In this document: piece after piece, positions 9,307 to 17,976 of the stretch
Position numbering within the stretch: the stretch's first letter is position 1
Layout of the letters: the number at the start of each line of letters is the position of its first letter
Source: a virus
Taxonomy: Duplodnaviria; Caudoviricetes
DNA: 36,942 nucleotides
Virus record (IMG/VR): IMGVR_UViG_3300037790_000013
Span: 1-36,942 of that record
Strand: one strand, 5' to 3'
Notes under the pieces: generated by a model
Databases searched by the model: none
Told to the model about the DNA's origin: nothing
The model's input: only the letters and a program-made list of their open reading frames with translations
Translations under genes and position numbers: made by a program

Positions 9307-10542
9307 TTACCTTCCTGAAACAAGAACAAAGGAGTCCACTTCAGCCGTTAAATTGCTTGTGTCGGTGTTATTTGCTATTTGTAATTTTATGTAGTCGTTT
9401 GTATCAAGAGTAACGGGAAGAGTGTCATTAAAAAACGCAACATCCCGGCCGCCAGCCAAGTTATTTACAGTTCTTCTTTGAGAGCCAACATCAACAAACT
9501 GAGATGCAGAGTTGTCCCACTTTACAATTTTAATCTCTACCTCTCTATTTCGATCCCCATCTACAACCAGATCAAAGTCAATCTTGTAGTCTCGAGGGTT
9601 GGCGCCAAGATGTCTTAACTGAGAAGACGCAGGGTTATCAAAATGAACAAGCATTGAGCTTGCAAACGTGCCATTGACATCAACAAACACCCCCGCAGTA
9701 GAAATTACTGTAGTGGCTTCCACTGAAACTCCAACCCTGCCGCCTACATATGTATTTGGCAGCCCGATATTCCCAATCCATGCGCTAGACAAATTGCTGG
9801 CATCAATGTTGGGGGTAATTGTTGGATCTGCCGCATTAACAACTCCGTTTCTAGCTATTATTGCGAAATCAATTTGAAGCGTTGATGCGTTTGGAAAGTT
9901 TGCCGCAGAGAAATCAAGCAAAGACATATTCGCTCCAAGGTCTGCGTTTATATCAGTCAAAAATCTATTTTGCATGACAAAGCCGCTACCCGCCCTAAAT
10001 AATGGGCTTACAGATGAGGCTGGAATATTTCTAACAATACTGGTAGAGATTCTAAAGCCTCCTGACCAGGCTCCGCTAAGCGTGAGACTTGGATCCCCTC
10101 CAAAGCGACCTGTTCTATTTTCAAGGCCTTGTCTATATCCACTTATCTCGCCCAATGAAGCGCAGTTATTATAGTTTACAGTGGAAAGCTCAATAGCATG
10201 ACTACCATCTGAATCGGTAACACCATATACTTGAGATGACGCCCCTGAAACAGAAACAGACATATCTTTAATAAAAATATCCCCGCTTCCACCAACAGGA
10301 CTGGTAAACAGCGTATAGTTGGGGTCTGAGCATATTATGCTAGATATATTAACCCCATCGCCAGCTAATGTTATTCCGCTTGCGGGAACCTCAATAGAAA
10401 CCCCCGATCCAGTGAAGTCAATTACACCATCAATAAAATAAACAACATCGCTGCGTATGGGCTGTAAAAAATCTAAAGGAGATGTAACAACTTTCCTGCT
10501 CTCTATAACACCTGAAGGAAACTGCTGATAACCTTGAGTCAT
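9307..10542 (-). CDS. Putative virion appendage protein (beta-rich)
   Basis: 411 aa, beta-helix-like N-terminal half and beta-sandwich-like C-terminus; located in the structural module. Confidence 0.6.
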   Translation of the reverse strand: MTQGYQQFPSGVIESRKVVTSPLDFLQPIRSDVVYFIDGVIDFTGSGVSIEVPASGITLAGDGVNISSIICSDPNYTLFTSPVGGSGDIFIKDMSVSVSGASSQVYGVTDSDGSHAIELSTVNYNNCASLGEISGYRQGLENRTGRFGGDPSLTLSGAWSGGFRISTSIVRNIPASSVSPLFRAGSGFVMQNRFLTDINADLGANMSLLDFSAANFPNASTLQIDFAIIARNGVVNAADPTITPNIDASNLSSAWIGNIGLPNTYVGGRVGVSVEATTVISTAGVFVDVNGTFASSMLVHFDNPASSQLRHLGANPRDYKIDFDLVVDGDRNREVEIKIVKWDNSASQFVDVGSQRRTVNNLAGGRDVAFFNDTLPVTLDTNDYIKLQIANNTDTSNLTAEVDSFVLVSGR

Positions 10543-10543
10543 A

Positions 10544-10870
10544 TTAAACCCCCCTCACTTCTGGTCCGCCAAAACTATTTAGCGTGACATCCATATTATT
10601 TGACGTGCCTACATGCCCTGAAATCTGCACCCTTAGCTGGGCAATAGGGCCAGTAAACCCAACAAAAAAAGCCGAACTTAATTGAACAACCCCATTCGGT
10701 ATGGCTTCAAAAATCTGACTTTTTGGGGCTCTAGCTGTAATAGTTGCAGTGCCGGCTGTTGGCTGCCCATTATCAAATGCAAAAGATATGTAATTTATAT
10801 AACCATCCGGCCTTACATCTAATGTATAAGTTCCATCAGCTAAGGGTATTTGATTCGTTTCTATAGACAT
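10544..10870 (-). CDS. Hypothetical structural protein
   Basis: GGAG RBS, beta-rich 108 aa, coupled to the next gene. Confidence 0.65.
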   Translation of the reverse strand: MSIETNQIPLADGTYTLDVRPDGYINYISFAFDNGQPTAGTATITARAPKSQIFEAIPNGVVQLSSAFFVGFTGPIAQLRVQISGHVGTSNNMDVTLNSFGGPEVRGV

Positions 10871-10899
10871 TTTTTCGCTCCACTAACTTGGAAATAAGT

Positions 10900-10985
10900 T
10901 CTTGACGGAGTGGCTCAGGCGGAATGACTCCGGCGAAGGGGTGGGACAGCATAGGAGAACTGCCCCACGACTCCGCCAAGAGTCA
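10900..10985 (-). ncRNA. Candidate structured small RNA or leader
   Basis: GC-rich intergenic element. Outer stem CTTGGCGGAGT/ACTCCGTCAAG, inner hairpin with a CTCCT loop. Extended -10 TGA-TACAAT at 10991-10999. Confidence 0.5.
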
Positions 10986-11004
10986 ATGTCATTGTATCAT
11001 GCGG

Positions 11005-11709
11005 TTATTGATTAAACCAAGTGGAGTTGCCGCTATCAATAGTGACAGTGTGATTAGGATTATTCAGCGAACTTGTTGGATACCAGCTGCCACTAGTTCC
11101 GGCAACCATAGCAAACGCTGTAAATCTGTTAGTACCATCAACAGCAACAGTTCCAGAATTACCGCCTGTCAGTGTAAATGACAAGCCACCAGCAAACGTA
11201 GGAATGGTTACAACAGTAGGAGTACCAACAACACCGGAGCTATCAAGTCTTACTAAAATAGCTGTAGTAGGACCGGTAATCTGTACTGTGTACAGAGATC
11301 CGCCAGCCACAGTCGCATTTGTTGTTGCTATCGTATTTAGCTCGGCACCCAAGTTAGCAGGGTTAGCAGGAGAATAAAAAGAAATAACACCGCGTGTCGT
11401 TCCTGTGGCTCCAGACGTGCTCGTCACAAACGCACCATCAGTGCCAGGGAAGTTAACACCTAAGACAGTAGCATCACTGCTAGAAGCAGCAGGGCCAAGC
11501 GTAGCCGTTAAATCATTGTTACTTAATACAACATCTACAGTGCCGGCAGAGAAAGCTAGATCTAAACTAAATCCAGCAGTTCCACCTGATGGCGTCTCCG
11601 GAAGCGAACCACCCCCAACAGCCATTCCACGGTAATTTCTAGTCGCATCTTCTGCTTTCTGCTTAGGCTTATCCGCCTTATAAACAGGGTTTTTACGTAT
11701 ATATTTCAT
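11005..11709 (-). CDS. Putative decoration/structural protein (T/G/S/A-rich)
   Basis: Basic N-terminal 30 aa, then a beta-rich low-charge domain; coupled to gp4. Confidence 0.6.
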   Translation of the reverse strand: MKYIRKNPVYKADKPKQKAEDATRNYRGMAVGGGSLPETPSGGTAGFSLDLAFSAGTVDVVLSNNDLTATLGPAASSSDATVLGVNFPGTDGAFVTSTSGATGTTRGVISFYSPANPANLGAELNTIATTNATVAGGSLYTVQITGPTTAILVRLDSSGVVGTPTVVTIPTFAGGLSFTLTGGNSGTVAVDGTNRFTAFAMVAGTSGSWYPTSSLNNPNHTVTIDSGNSTWFNQ

Positions 11710-12200
11710 GACGAACTCTGCTGCTCTTGATAATTTTGAATATTGACCGCATCAGATGTTCTGTAAAAGCGGTTGTATGTAAAGTTGCGCTTGTAGCCAG
11801 AGCCAATAGGCATTGTGCCGGGGCGTGGCATTTGAGGAACGTTAACGATAGCTATTAGAAGTTCGTCCATAGCTTCTTTGGCCATAACCTTTAGCTCTCG
11901 ACTAACAGGCTTGCCATAACGACTTCCAAGCTTTAACCCAAGCTCATAAACAACTGCATCCTCCGTCCATAAAGGAAGGTTAGACTCGTCGTTTAAATCG
12001 GGCTTTAAGTTAGGATTAGTAGTAGTAGGCTCTTGAAAGTTGTAGCCAAGATTAATGCCCTGGCTTAGCCATCTGGCCATCATGGACTGCAAAGTAGGAA
12101 GAGCGCTTAATGTATCTTCTACTTCAGCAGGCATATTCGTGCTTGACGCTATGCCAATTTCATCTAAAGCCCTATTTATCAGCTCAATCTTTCTAGCCAT
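11706..12200 (-). CDS. Head-tail adaptor, P22 gp4-like
   Basis: ALDEIGI, LQSMMARW..GINLGY, MPIGSG motifs; synteny. Confidence 0.85.
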   Translation of the reverse strand: MARKIELINRALDEIGIASSTNMPAEVEDTLSALPTLQSMMARWLSQGINLGYNFQEPTTTNPNLKPDLNDESNLPLWTEDAVVYELGLKLGSRYGKPVSRELKVMAKEAMDELLIAIVNVPQMPRPGTMPIGSGYKRNFTYNRFYRTSDAVNIQNYQEQQSSS

Positions 12201-12204
12201 CGGA

Positions 12205-12534
12205 CTACTCCTCTAGGCCTAGCGCCCTTTTAAGTGTCTTTGTGCGCATCTTTTCAGCGCCTTCAATGCCTTGGCGTACCGCCTCTGCACGCAGTTCTTC
12301 AAGATTCACTTCGCCGTCACCGTCAGTATCAACCGCTTGTTTAGCAGCAAACTTCTCCAGCTCAGTCTTAGAATCAAACTCAGGAATATCTTCAGGAGAA
12401 CGAACAAAGCCTTCAGACAGAGCAGTCTCAACTTCTTCTTCACCGTGGAATTCTTGACAGATAACCCGGCGACCCCAGATTAGATCATATTGCGTATCTT
12501 CTAGCGTGGCAGGTTTATATAAAAGTGTTTTCAT
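12205..12534 (-). CDS. Hypothetical protein with an EF-hand-like loop
   Basis: DTDGDGEVNLEE loop; GAGG RBS; follows the coat gene. Confidence 0.7.
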   Translation of the reverse strand: MKTLLYKPATLEDTQYDLIWGRRVICQEFHGEEEVETALSEGFVRSPEDIPEFDSKTELEKFAAKQAVDTDGDGEVNLEELRAEAVRQGIEGAEKMRTKTLKRALGLEE

Positions 12535-12550
12535 TGCATGACCTCAAGAC

Positions 12551-12572
12551 GGGGCGGCACAATTACCGCCCC
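12551..12572 (-). terminator. Hairpin downstream of the small basic gene
   Basis: GGGGCGG-N8-CCGCCCC; weak U-tract. Confidence 0.5.
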
Positions 12573-12579
12573 TACTATT

Positions 12580-12735
12580 CTACATCATTTTCTTGGACTG
12601 TGTCTTTTTAGGCTGCATCATAGCATTTTTCATGCCAGCTTTGCCCTTGCCACTAGTATCCATGGTCATGTTCTTGTTGCGCATTTTCTTCATGCCGCTA
12701 CCCATGCCGTAGCCACCTTTCATACCTTTTGGCAT
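12580..12735 (-). CDS. 51-aa Met/Lys/Gly-rich peptide (not in ORF track)
   Basis: Hand translation MPKGMKGGYGMGSGMKKMRNKNMTMDTSGKGKAGMKNAMMQPKKTQSKKMM; GAGGT RBS. Confidence 0.8.
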   Translation of the reverse strand: MPKGMKGGYGMGSGMKKMRNKNMTMDTSGKGKAGMKNAMMQPKKTQSKKMM

Positions 12736-12755
12736 AACTATTACCTCATTTATTT

Positions 12756-12787
12756 AACAAAGGGAGGACATTTAGCCCTCCCTGTTT
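12756..12787 (-). terminator. Terminator-like hairpin after the major capsid gene
   Basis: AGGGAGG-N9-CCTCCCT followed by TTGTT on the minus strand. Confidence 0.6.
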
Positions 12788-12795
12788 ATCTTACC

Positions 12796-14067
12796 TTAAG
12801 ACTGGCCACCGATCATGATGCCGTTCATTTGTGGGTTTAGGTTTACAACCCCGTAGAACGCTGTGACGCGAACTTTCAAGTCTAGACCGTTAACACCGCC
12901 TTGATAAGCCATAACAAGCTCAATACCGCTATCTGTGGTTTCACGCAGGATAGTCATTGAATCGCCAAACATATCGTTATCTACTGCCAAGTGCCCAGAA
13001 ATAAGCTCAACCGAGTTATCTTCCCAGAACACGTTGGTAGTAGCGTTAGAAGTGTTAAGACGAGTAACAGCAGCACCGTTAGCAATAGTAGTATTTACGT
13101 TAGCGTAGGTCTTCTGATCATTGTTCAGGGCGGCGTCATCCAAAGCAATAGGCTTAGGGTAAACACGGATAGTATTAGCAGTAGAACCAGGATTAACCTC
13201 TACAACACGGAAAGTTTTTAAGCTGCCAGTGTTGTTTTTGTTAATGTGACTGACAGCGTTGACGTTAGCAAATGTAATGGCATCACCTACGTTAAAGCCA
13301 GCACTAGCACTTACTGGAATGTCAGCAAAACGGTTATCAACAGGAAGTCCATTGGCATCCTTAGGAACGGGAGCAAAAGACTGCGCAGAAGTTACCGTAA
13401 CACCTGTCAACGCACTACCAGATAGAGTAGGCAAGAAGTTAGTGCGGTAAGCCTCAAAGCCTGCAATGTCGTCGCCGATCATGGATTTCCCATAAGCACC
13501 ATCAGGGCGACCGATAACAGTTTGACGGTTAGCTAAGTCAGCAGCGGTGTTTTTATAATCCTGAGTATTGAAGAAGAAAGAACGACCGTGCTCGATTGGA
13601 ACTTCCTGCTCGTCCATCAATGCTTCACATTCTGCAACATCATTATAACGGCTGATAGCGTTAGACTGAGCCACTACCAAAGTACCAGTGTTAGCCACCA
13701 GGTTGGCAATGTCAGTGTTGATGCGAGCCGCAATCTTCTGAGCTGAGCCCATAGCACGGCGCTGCATGTGACGCTCGTCGCGTAGCTCTAGTGCGTTTAG
13801 ACTGAATGCATCGTTTCGAATATTGTTCAAAGGCGACGGAACAACCATCTCGATAACATCGTTAAATTCCGCATCAGGGATGTTAAGACCATCAACGATC
13901 TTGCCAATCTGAGGCATAGGACGATGGAATACATCGTTAGAGTTTTGCATTGTGCCTGAGTCAGGCTCAAATACGTTTACTTTGCGGGACATGATGTTAT
14001 TAGAATCGAAAGACTCCAATAGCTGATCCCATAGTATGGTAATCTGATTAGCTTGTGATAATGCCAT
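12796..14067 (-). CDS. Major capsid protein (P22 gp5 family)
   Basis: 423 aa; LNALELRD, GDAITFANVNAVSHINK..TGSLKTFRV; follows the scaffold gene. Confidence 0.93.
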   Translation of the reverse strand: MALSQANQITILWDQLLESFDSNNIMSRKVNVFEPDSGTMQNSNDVFHRPMPQIGKIVDGLNIPDAEFNDVIEMVVPSPLNNIRNDAFSLNALELRDERHMQRRAMGSAQKIAARINTDIANLVANTGTLVVAQSNAISRYNDVAECEALMDEQEVPIEHGRSFFFNTQDYKNTAADLANRQTVIGRPDGAYGKSMIGDDIAGFEAYRTNFLPTLSGSALTGVTVTSAQSFAPVPKDANGLPVDNRFADIPVSASAGFNVGDAITFANVNAVSHINKNNTGSLKTFRVVEVNPGSTANTIRVYPKPIALDDAALNNDQKTYANVNTTIANGAAVTRLNTSNATTNVFWEDNSVELISGHLAVDNDMFGDSMTILRETTDSGIELVMAYQGGVNGLDLKVRVTAFYGVVNLNPQMNGIMIGGQS

Positions 14068-14068
14068 T

Positions 14069-14995
14069 TTATTTCACCTTGTTTCTTAAAGCTTTCTTAA
14101 TTTGGCGCATTTTGGAGATAGTCTGAGCATCAGCTTTGCCGGAACCGGCCAACGTGTCATATTCACGCTGTAAAGCCGATCTAGTAATAGACCCACCTGC
14201 ACCACCTAATTTTTTCTGAGGCTTAGCTTTAGTCGCTGGCCGTTTCTCAGTCTTTATAGAGCTGTGGATTTGACCTAAAACAAAAGCTTGCTCAAGAGGC
14301 GTTTTCGCCTCAGTTAGTTGATTAAGCTTGCTCTCTTGTTTGCCCAATACATAAATAAGACGTTCAGGCTCAGGTGACATGATCAATAACTGCTTAGCCA
14401 CATCATCAACGCGAGAGTTAACCAATTCTTCCGCTTCGTCATAATCTAGACGCTTAGAAGAAAAGGCTTCTTTACGCTGCTCGTAATTAGTCAGCTTGTC
14501 TTGCCATTCCTGTTGTGCGCGCTCTTGTGCTTCTTCAGCCTCTTTCTTTTTGGCTTCTGCTGCACGTTTCCGGCCTGACCAGGCGTCATACGCATCGTTA
14601 AACGCGTCTTCGTCATAATCAAAGTCTTCTAACTTAGGGCGCTCACCTACCTGTATCTCTTCAGGGGCTTGGGTTTGTATTTGCGCTTCCGCCGCCTTGA
14701 GCATCCTGTGAAGATCTCGGTTTTGCTTGCGTAAATTCTTAACCCACGAGGGAGCTTGCTGCTCTTCAGAGGCTGGCGTGACCTCTTCACCGTCGATTAA
14801 TAGAACTTCCTCTTCTTCCTCAGTCTCAACTTCTTCAGTCGTTTCCTCGGCTTCAGACTCTTGCTCTACTCCTTCTTCAACAACCTCTTCTGCTTCGTCT
14901 GGTTCAGTCTCAGGCTCTGCTGAGTCGTCAATGATTTCTAGTTGATCAAGATTAGAAAGATCTAATTCGTCGGTTTGTTCTGCCAATTCGTTCAT
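14069..14995 (-). CDS. Scaffolding protein
   Basis: Acidic N-terminus, PKLEDFDYDE motif, coiled coil, basic C-terminus; between portal and coat. Confidence 0.88.
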   Translation of the reverse strand: MNELAEQTDELDLSNLDQLEIIDDSAEPETEPDEAEEVVEEGVEQESEAEETTEEVETEEEEEVLLIDGEEVTPASEEQQAPSWVKNLRKQNRDLHRMLKAAEAQIQTQAPEEIQVGERPKLEDFDYDEDAFNDAYDAWSGRKRAAEAKKKEAEEAQERAQQEWQDKLTNYEQRKEAFSSKRLDYDEAEELVNSRVDDVAKQLLIMSPEPERLIYVLGKQESKLNQLTEAKTPLEQAFVLGQIHSSIKTEKRPATKAKPQKKLGGAGGSITRSALQREYDTLAGSGKADAQTISKMRQIKKALRNKVK

Positions 14996-15054
14996 TATTT
15001 ACCTCTCAGCATTATCAAAGCTGGCACGATAATTGTATTAGATATATGAATAAT

Positions 15055-15070
15055 TGCAAATGCCGTGCCA
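15055..15070 (-). promoter_or_regulatory. sigma54 (-24/-12) promoter for scaffold/coat
   Basis: TGGCACG-GCAT-TTGCA matches the TGGCACG-N4-TTGCW consensus, 60 bp upstream of the scaffold ATG. Confidence 0.75.
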
Positions 15071-15101
15071 GTTTTTACACGAAATAGGTTTAATTTAGTT
15101 T

Positions 15102-15144
15102 TGTGATGGAGTTAACAGAAAATTTTTGCAATCCTGGCTATATT
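15102..15144 (+). promoter_or_regulatory. CRP-box promoter
   Basis: TGTGA-TGGAGT-TAACA GAAA, 21 bp, then TATATT. Confidence 0.7.
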
Positions 15145-15170
15145 TGCCAACCAACCAAACAGGAGGAAAT

Positions 15171-15677
15171 ATGAAGCCTTTTTCAAATGACATAAAGGCT
15201 ATCGGAAAAATTGACCTGACTTTGAAGCCGAGAGGCAGAGATAAAAAAGGGGATATATTTTTAAGATCGGACCTTGATAAAGTAATTATCAAAGAAACAA
15301 TTTTGGGCCACAGGGCTCACACAAAAGAAACTTATTCGCAAAGAGAGGAAATTAAAATGACAAAAGAGATAGAGCTAGTTGGAGACGCATTTGACGAAGC
15401 GGCCTCTAAAGTTGGCAAAAAAATACAATCTTTTGACAGCAAGGTTAAAGACTTAACCGACACAACAAAGAAGGCAACATCACACGTAAAGAGGTCTTCA
15501 AACGATCTTCTTGTTAGTATTGAAAAGCTAAATAAAATTGCCGACTTTGAAAAGCTAGAAAGACTGGCACAAACACTAGAATCCATTTGCACTTCTATTT
15601 CTTCTTTGAGCGCACTAGAAAAAAGCGGCCAATTAGCTGCTGTAGCCAGATCAATAACCGAATCCCCTACTGAATAG
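15171..15677 (+). CDS. Moron-like hypothetical coiled-coil protein
   Basis: Opposite strand to the morphogenesis operon, own promoter, AGGAGG RBS, AT-richer than neighbours. Confidence 0.8.
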   Translation: MKPFSNDIKAIGKIDLTLKPRGRDKKGDIFLRSDLDKVIIKETILGHRAHTKETYSQREEIKMTKEIELVGDAFDEAASKVGKKIQSFDSKVKDLTDTTKKATSHVKRSSNDLLVSIEKLNKIADFEKLERLAQTLESICTSISSLSALEKSGQLAAVARSITESPTE

Positions 15678-17751
15678 GGGTGTTATTTACCAAGTTGCCC
15701 GCAAGCTGTTCTCTTATTTCCTCTGTCTGGTCTATACCAGCTTGGCTGATGTTCTGCGCTGTTTCGGCAGTCTCAGCGATGGTCTTAAGGGTTTCAGCTT
15801 GCTTCTTCTCTATCTCGGCGGCGTCTTTCATTGCCTGAGTCTGGTTCTTCACGGCTTCGGACTGCAAGTATTGCTGCTGGGCTTCCAGTAGCGGATCACC
15901 CTGCTGTGCTTGCTGTGCAAATTGGATAAGCTCTTGTAGCTCTTGCTCGTTACGTGGCTCTACAATGCCCTGCTGTAGCTGTAAGCGACGGTTTAAGCGC
16001 TTCAGATCATCCAGGCCTTCTCCGTCTAGGTTCTGAATCATCATAGACATTAGAGGCGCATGATATGGGCTGTCTTGTGCAATAGTTGGCATGATTTGTG
16101 CTAGTGTATTTAGCGTAGAATCACGGCGACTGCTAAACGTTGGTCCCACATCAATAACCACATCGTAACGCGCTTCAGTCATGTCATTAGCTACAAAATC
16201 ATTGCCCTGCTCGTCTACTGTCATTTCATTAATGCGCTCAACAGAGTCTGAGCCATCTTCCTCAGTCACTCTCACTAAGCGCTCATCTACGTACACATCA
16301 CGCGCCATTAGCATAAATAGCTTGGCTGCACGCTCAATAGATTTAGCAAAGTTAGAGATATAAAGGAATGACTGCATGTCCACACGGTCAGCAACCTGGG
16401 CGATAGCTTCAGCAGATACGTTGGCCTGTAGGCGGTCAGCGTTATCACCAATCATGCCTTGGATGTCTAGGCTAGTCGTTTCAAGCATGGCGCCTAGTGC
16501 AGGTGGTATCTGTGGCTGCTGCAAATACTCAGTAGGCTTAACAATAGGCTGGCCTTCCTCGTTCTTCATTGGCTTCAAAGGAAGATAGGTAGGTTTATTA
16601 ATGTGCCTATTTTGCCAATACACCTCAAGACCACGGATCTGCTCAGGGTCTAGAATCGGAATAGTATCGGTGCTATTAGCCGCCACATCAGCCAACGTAG
16701 AGATCTGCATATTATACAAGCGCTGTGCGTCTTTAGCTGGGCTTACCATGCCGTCTGCACGTTCAATGCTGTCAATGTATGTGCGATGGCCGTAGACAGG
16801 AATAATAGGAATAACGCCACCAGGAATATTGTCTTCCTGCTCGATAACCTTAGCGCCATCCATTAAGTAACACTCACACACTGTTTCCTGGCGTGTATAC
16901 GTGCGCACTTCCATATAACCCTTTTCGATGTAACCCTGGATAGTTGCATCGCTAGTCTTAGGAAGCTCTACCTGATCGCGATCTGGGCCAAGCATATCTT
17001 CTAGCACCACCATGCGAACGCGCTTCTGCCTGCGCTTGTAGTAACGCGCTACCCAAACGAAATCTGGGCCGTACCAGTCATAGTCGTAGTCATACTCAAG
17101 CAAACCAACGCCATGCTTAAATGTAGTAGGCGTTTGCTCTGGCTCACCTTCAGGGGTAAACAGCTCGTTATAGCGATCATATGTCATACCCTCTAGCTCA
17201 AAGGCCCAGTGAGCGTCTGACTTATCGTATCGCTTGGCATTAGGATCAAACCAGATGCTTTGCACGGCATCATACAGTGGCTCAACACCAATCATTACAT
17301 CTGATTCAGGATCGTCTATGTCTTCAGGAACAACAGCCAGCTTAAACGCACCAAAGCCACAACCAGAAGACCAGTCGAACGCTGTGTCAAACGCTTCCTG
17401 GCCTTGTGTCTGCTCATATGCAGTTCGCCACATGCCTTGCAGAATCTCTGCCAGCTTATCCTCTGAGCCATCCTTAGGGCGATAGCGAACGTTTACACGG
17501 TTAGTACGGAACTCTGATTTAATCCGACTATGCTCTTTGCGAACCTTGTTTACCTCAAAGCGAGGCTTACCCTCGAACATTTCAGACAGATTAGTACCAT
17601 TGAATAAAGAGCCTTCCCACTGGCCGCCCTCTACGTAAATCATACGCATATCTTCACGCATTCTAGAACGCTGCTCTATTGACGTATTACGGGCTTCATC
17701 AAAGCGTTTTACCGCTTCCCTATGAATATCTCTAAGCTTATCTTTAGCCAT
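15667..17751 (-). CDS. Portal protein (P22 family)
   Basis: 694 aa; GGQW, KPRFEVNK, IWFDPNAKRYDKSDA, IPIIPVYG, KDAQRLYN, YDVVIDVGP motifs. Confidence 0.95.
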   Translation of the reverse strand: MAKDKLRDIHREAVKRFDEARNTSIEQRSRMREDMRMIYVEGGQWEGSLFNGTNLSEMFEGKPRFEVNKVRKEHSRIKSEFRTNRVNVRYRPKDGSEDKLAEILQGMWRTAYEQTQGQEAFDTAFDWSSGCGFGAFKLAVVPEDIDDPESDVMIGVEPLYDAVQSIWFDPNAKRYDKSDAHWAFELEGMTYDRYNELFTPEGEPEQTPTTFKHGVGLLEYDYDYDWYGPDFVWVARYYKRRQKRVRMVVLEDMLGPDRDQVELPKTSDATIQGYIEKGYMEVRTYTRQETVCECYLMDGAKVIEQEDNIPGGVIPIIPVYGHRTYIDSIERADGMVSPAKDAQRLYNMQISTLADVAANSTDTIPILDPEQIRGLEVYWQNRHINKPTYLPLKPMKNEEGQPIVKPTEYLQQPQIPPALGAMLETTSLDIQGMIGDNADRLQANVSAEAIAQVADRVDMQSFLYISNFAKSIERAAKLFMLMARDVYVDERLVRVTEEDGSDSVERINEMTVDEQGNDFVANDMTEARYDVVIDVGPTFSSRRDSTLNTLAQIMPTIAQDSPYHAPLMSMMIQNLDGEGLDDLKRLNRRLQLQQGIVEPRNEQELQELIQFAQQAQQGDPLLEAQQQYLQSEAVKNQTQAMKDAAEIEKKQAETLKTIAETAETAQNISQAGIDQTEEIREQLAGNLVNNTPIQ

Positions 17752-17765
17752 GGCTCACCTAGGGT

Positions 17766-17781
17766 TGGCATATAATTTGCT
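17766..17781 (+). promoter_or_regulatory. sigma54-like site oriented away from the portal gene
   Basis: TGGCATA-TAAT-TTGCT, intergenic. Confidence 0.45.
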
Positions 17782-17976
17782 TAGTTTACCACAGCACAGA
17801 AGAAGTTCCACGCTATGGATTTGTGACTTTGCCGCCGTATTCTAATAGCCCGACGGCCCAGGAGTGGAATGTTGCGCTGCTTTCATGCTATCCGTGTACC
17901 TGATTAGGCCGTTTTAGTTTACCACTGGAAAGGGAGGAGAGCTAATCCTCCCAGCAATCTCTAAACCATCCGTCAT

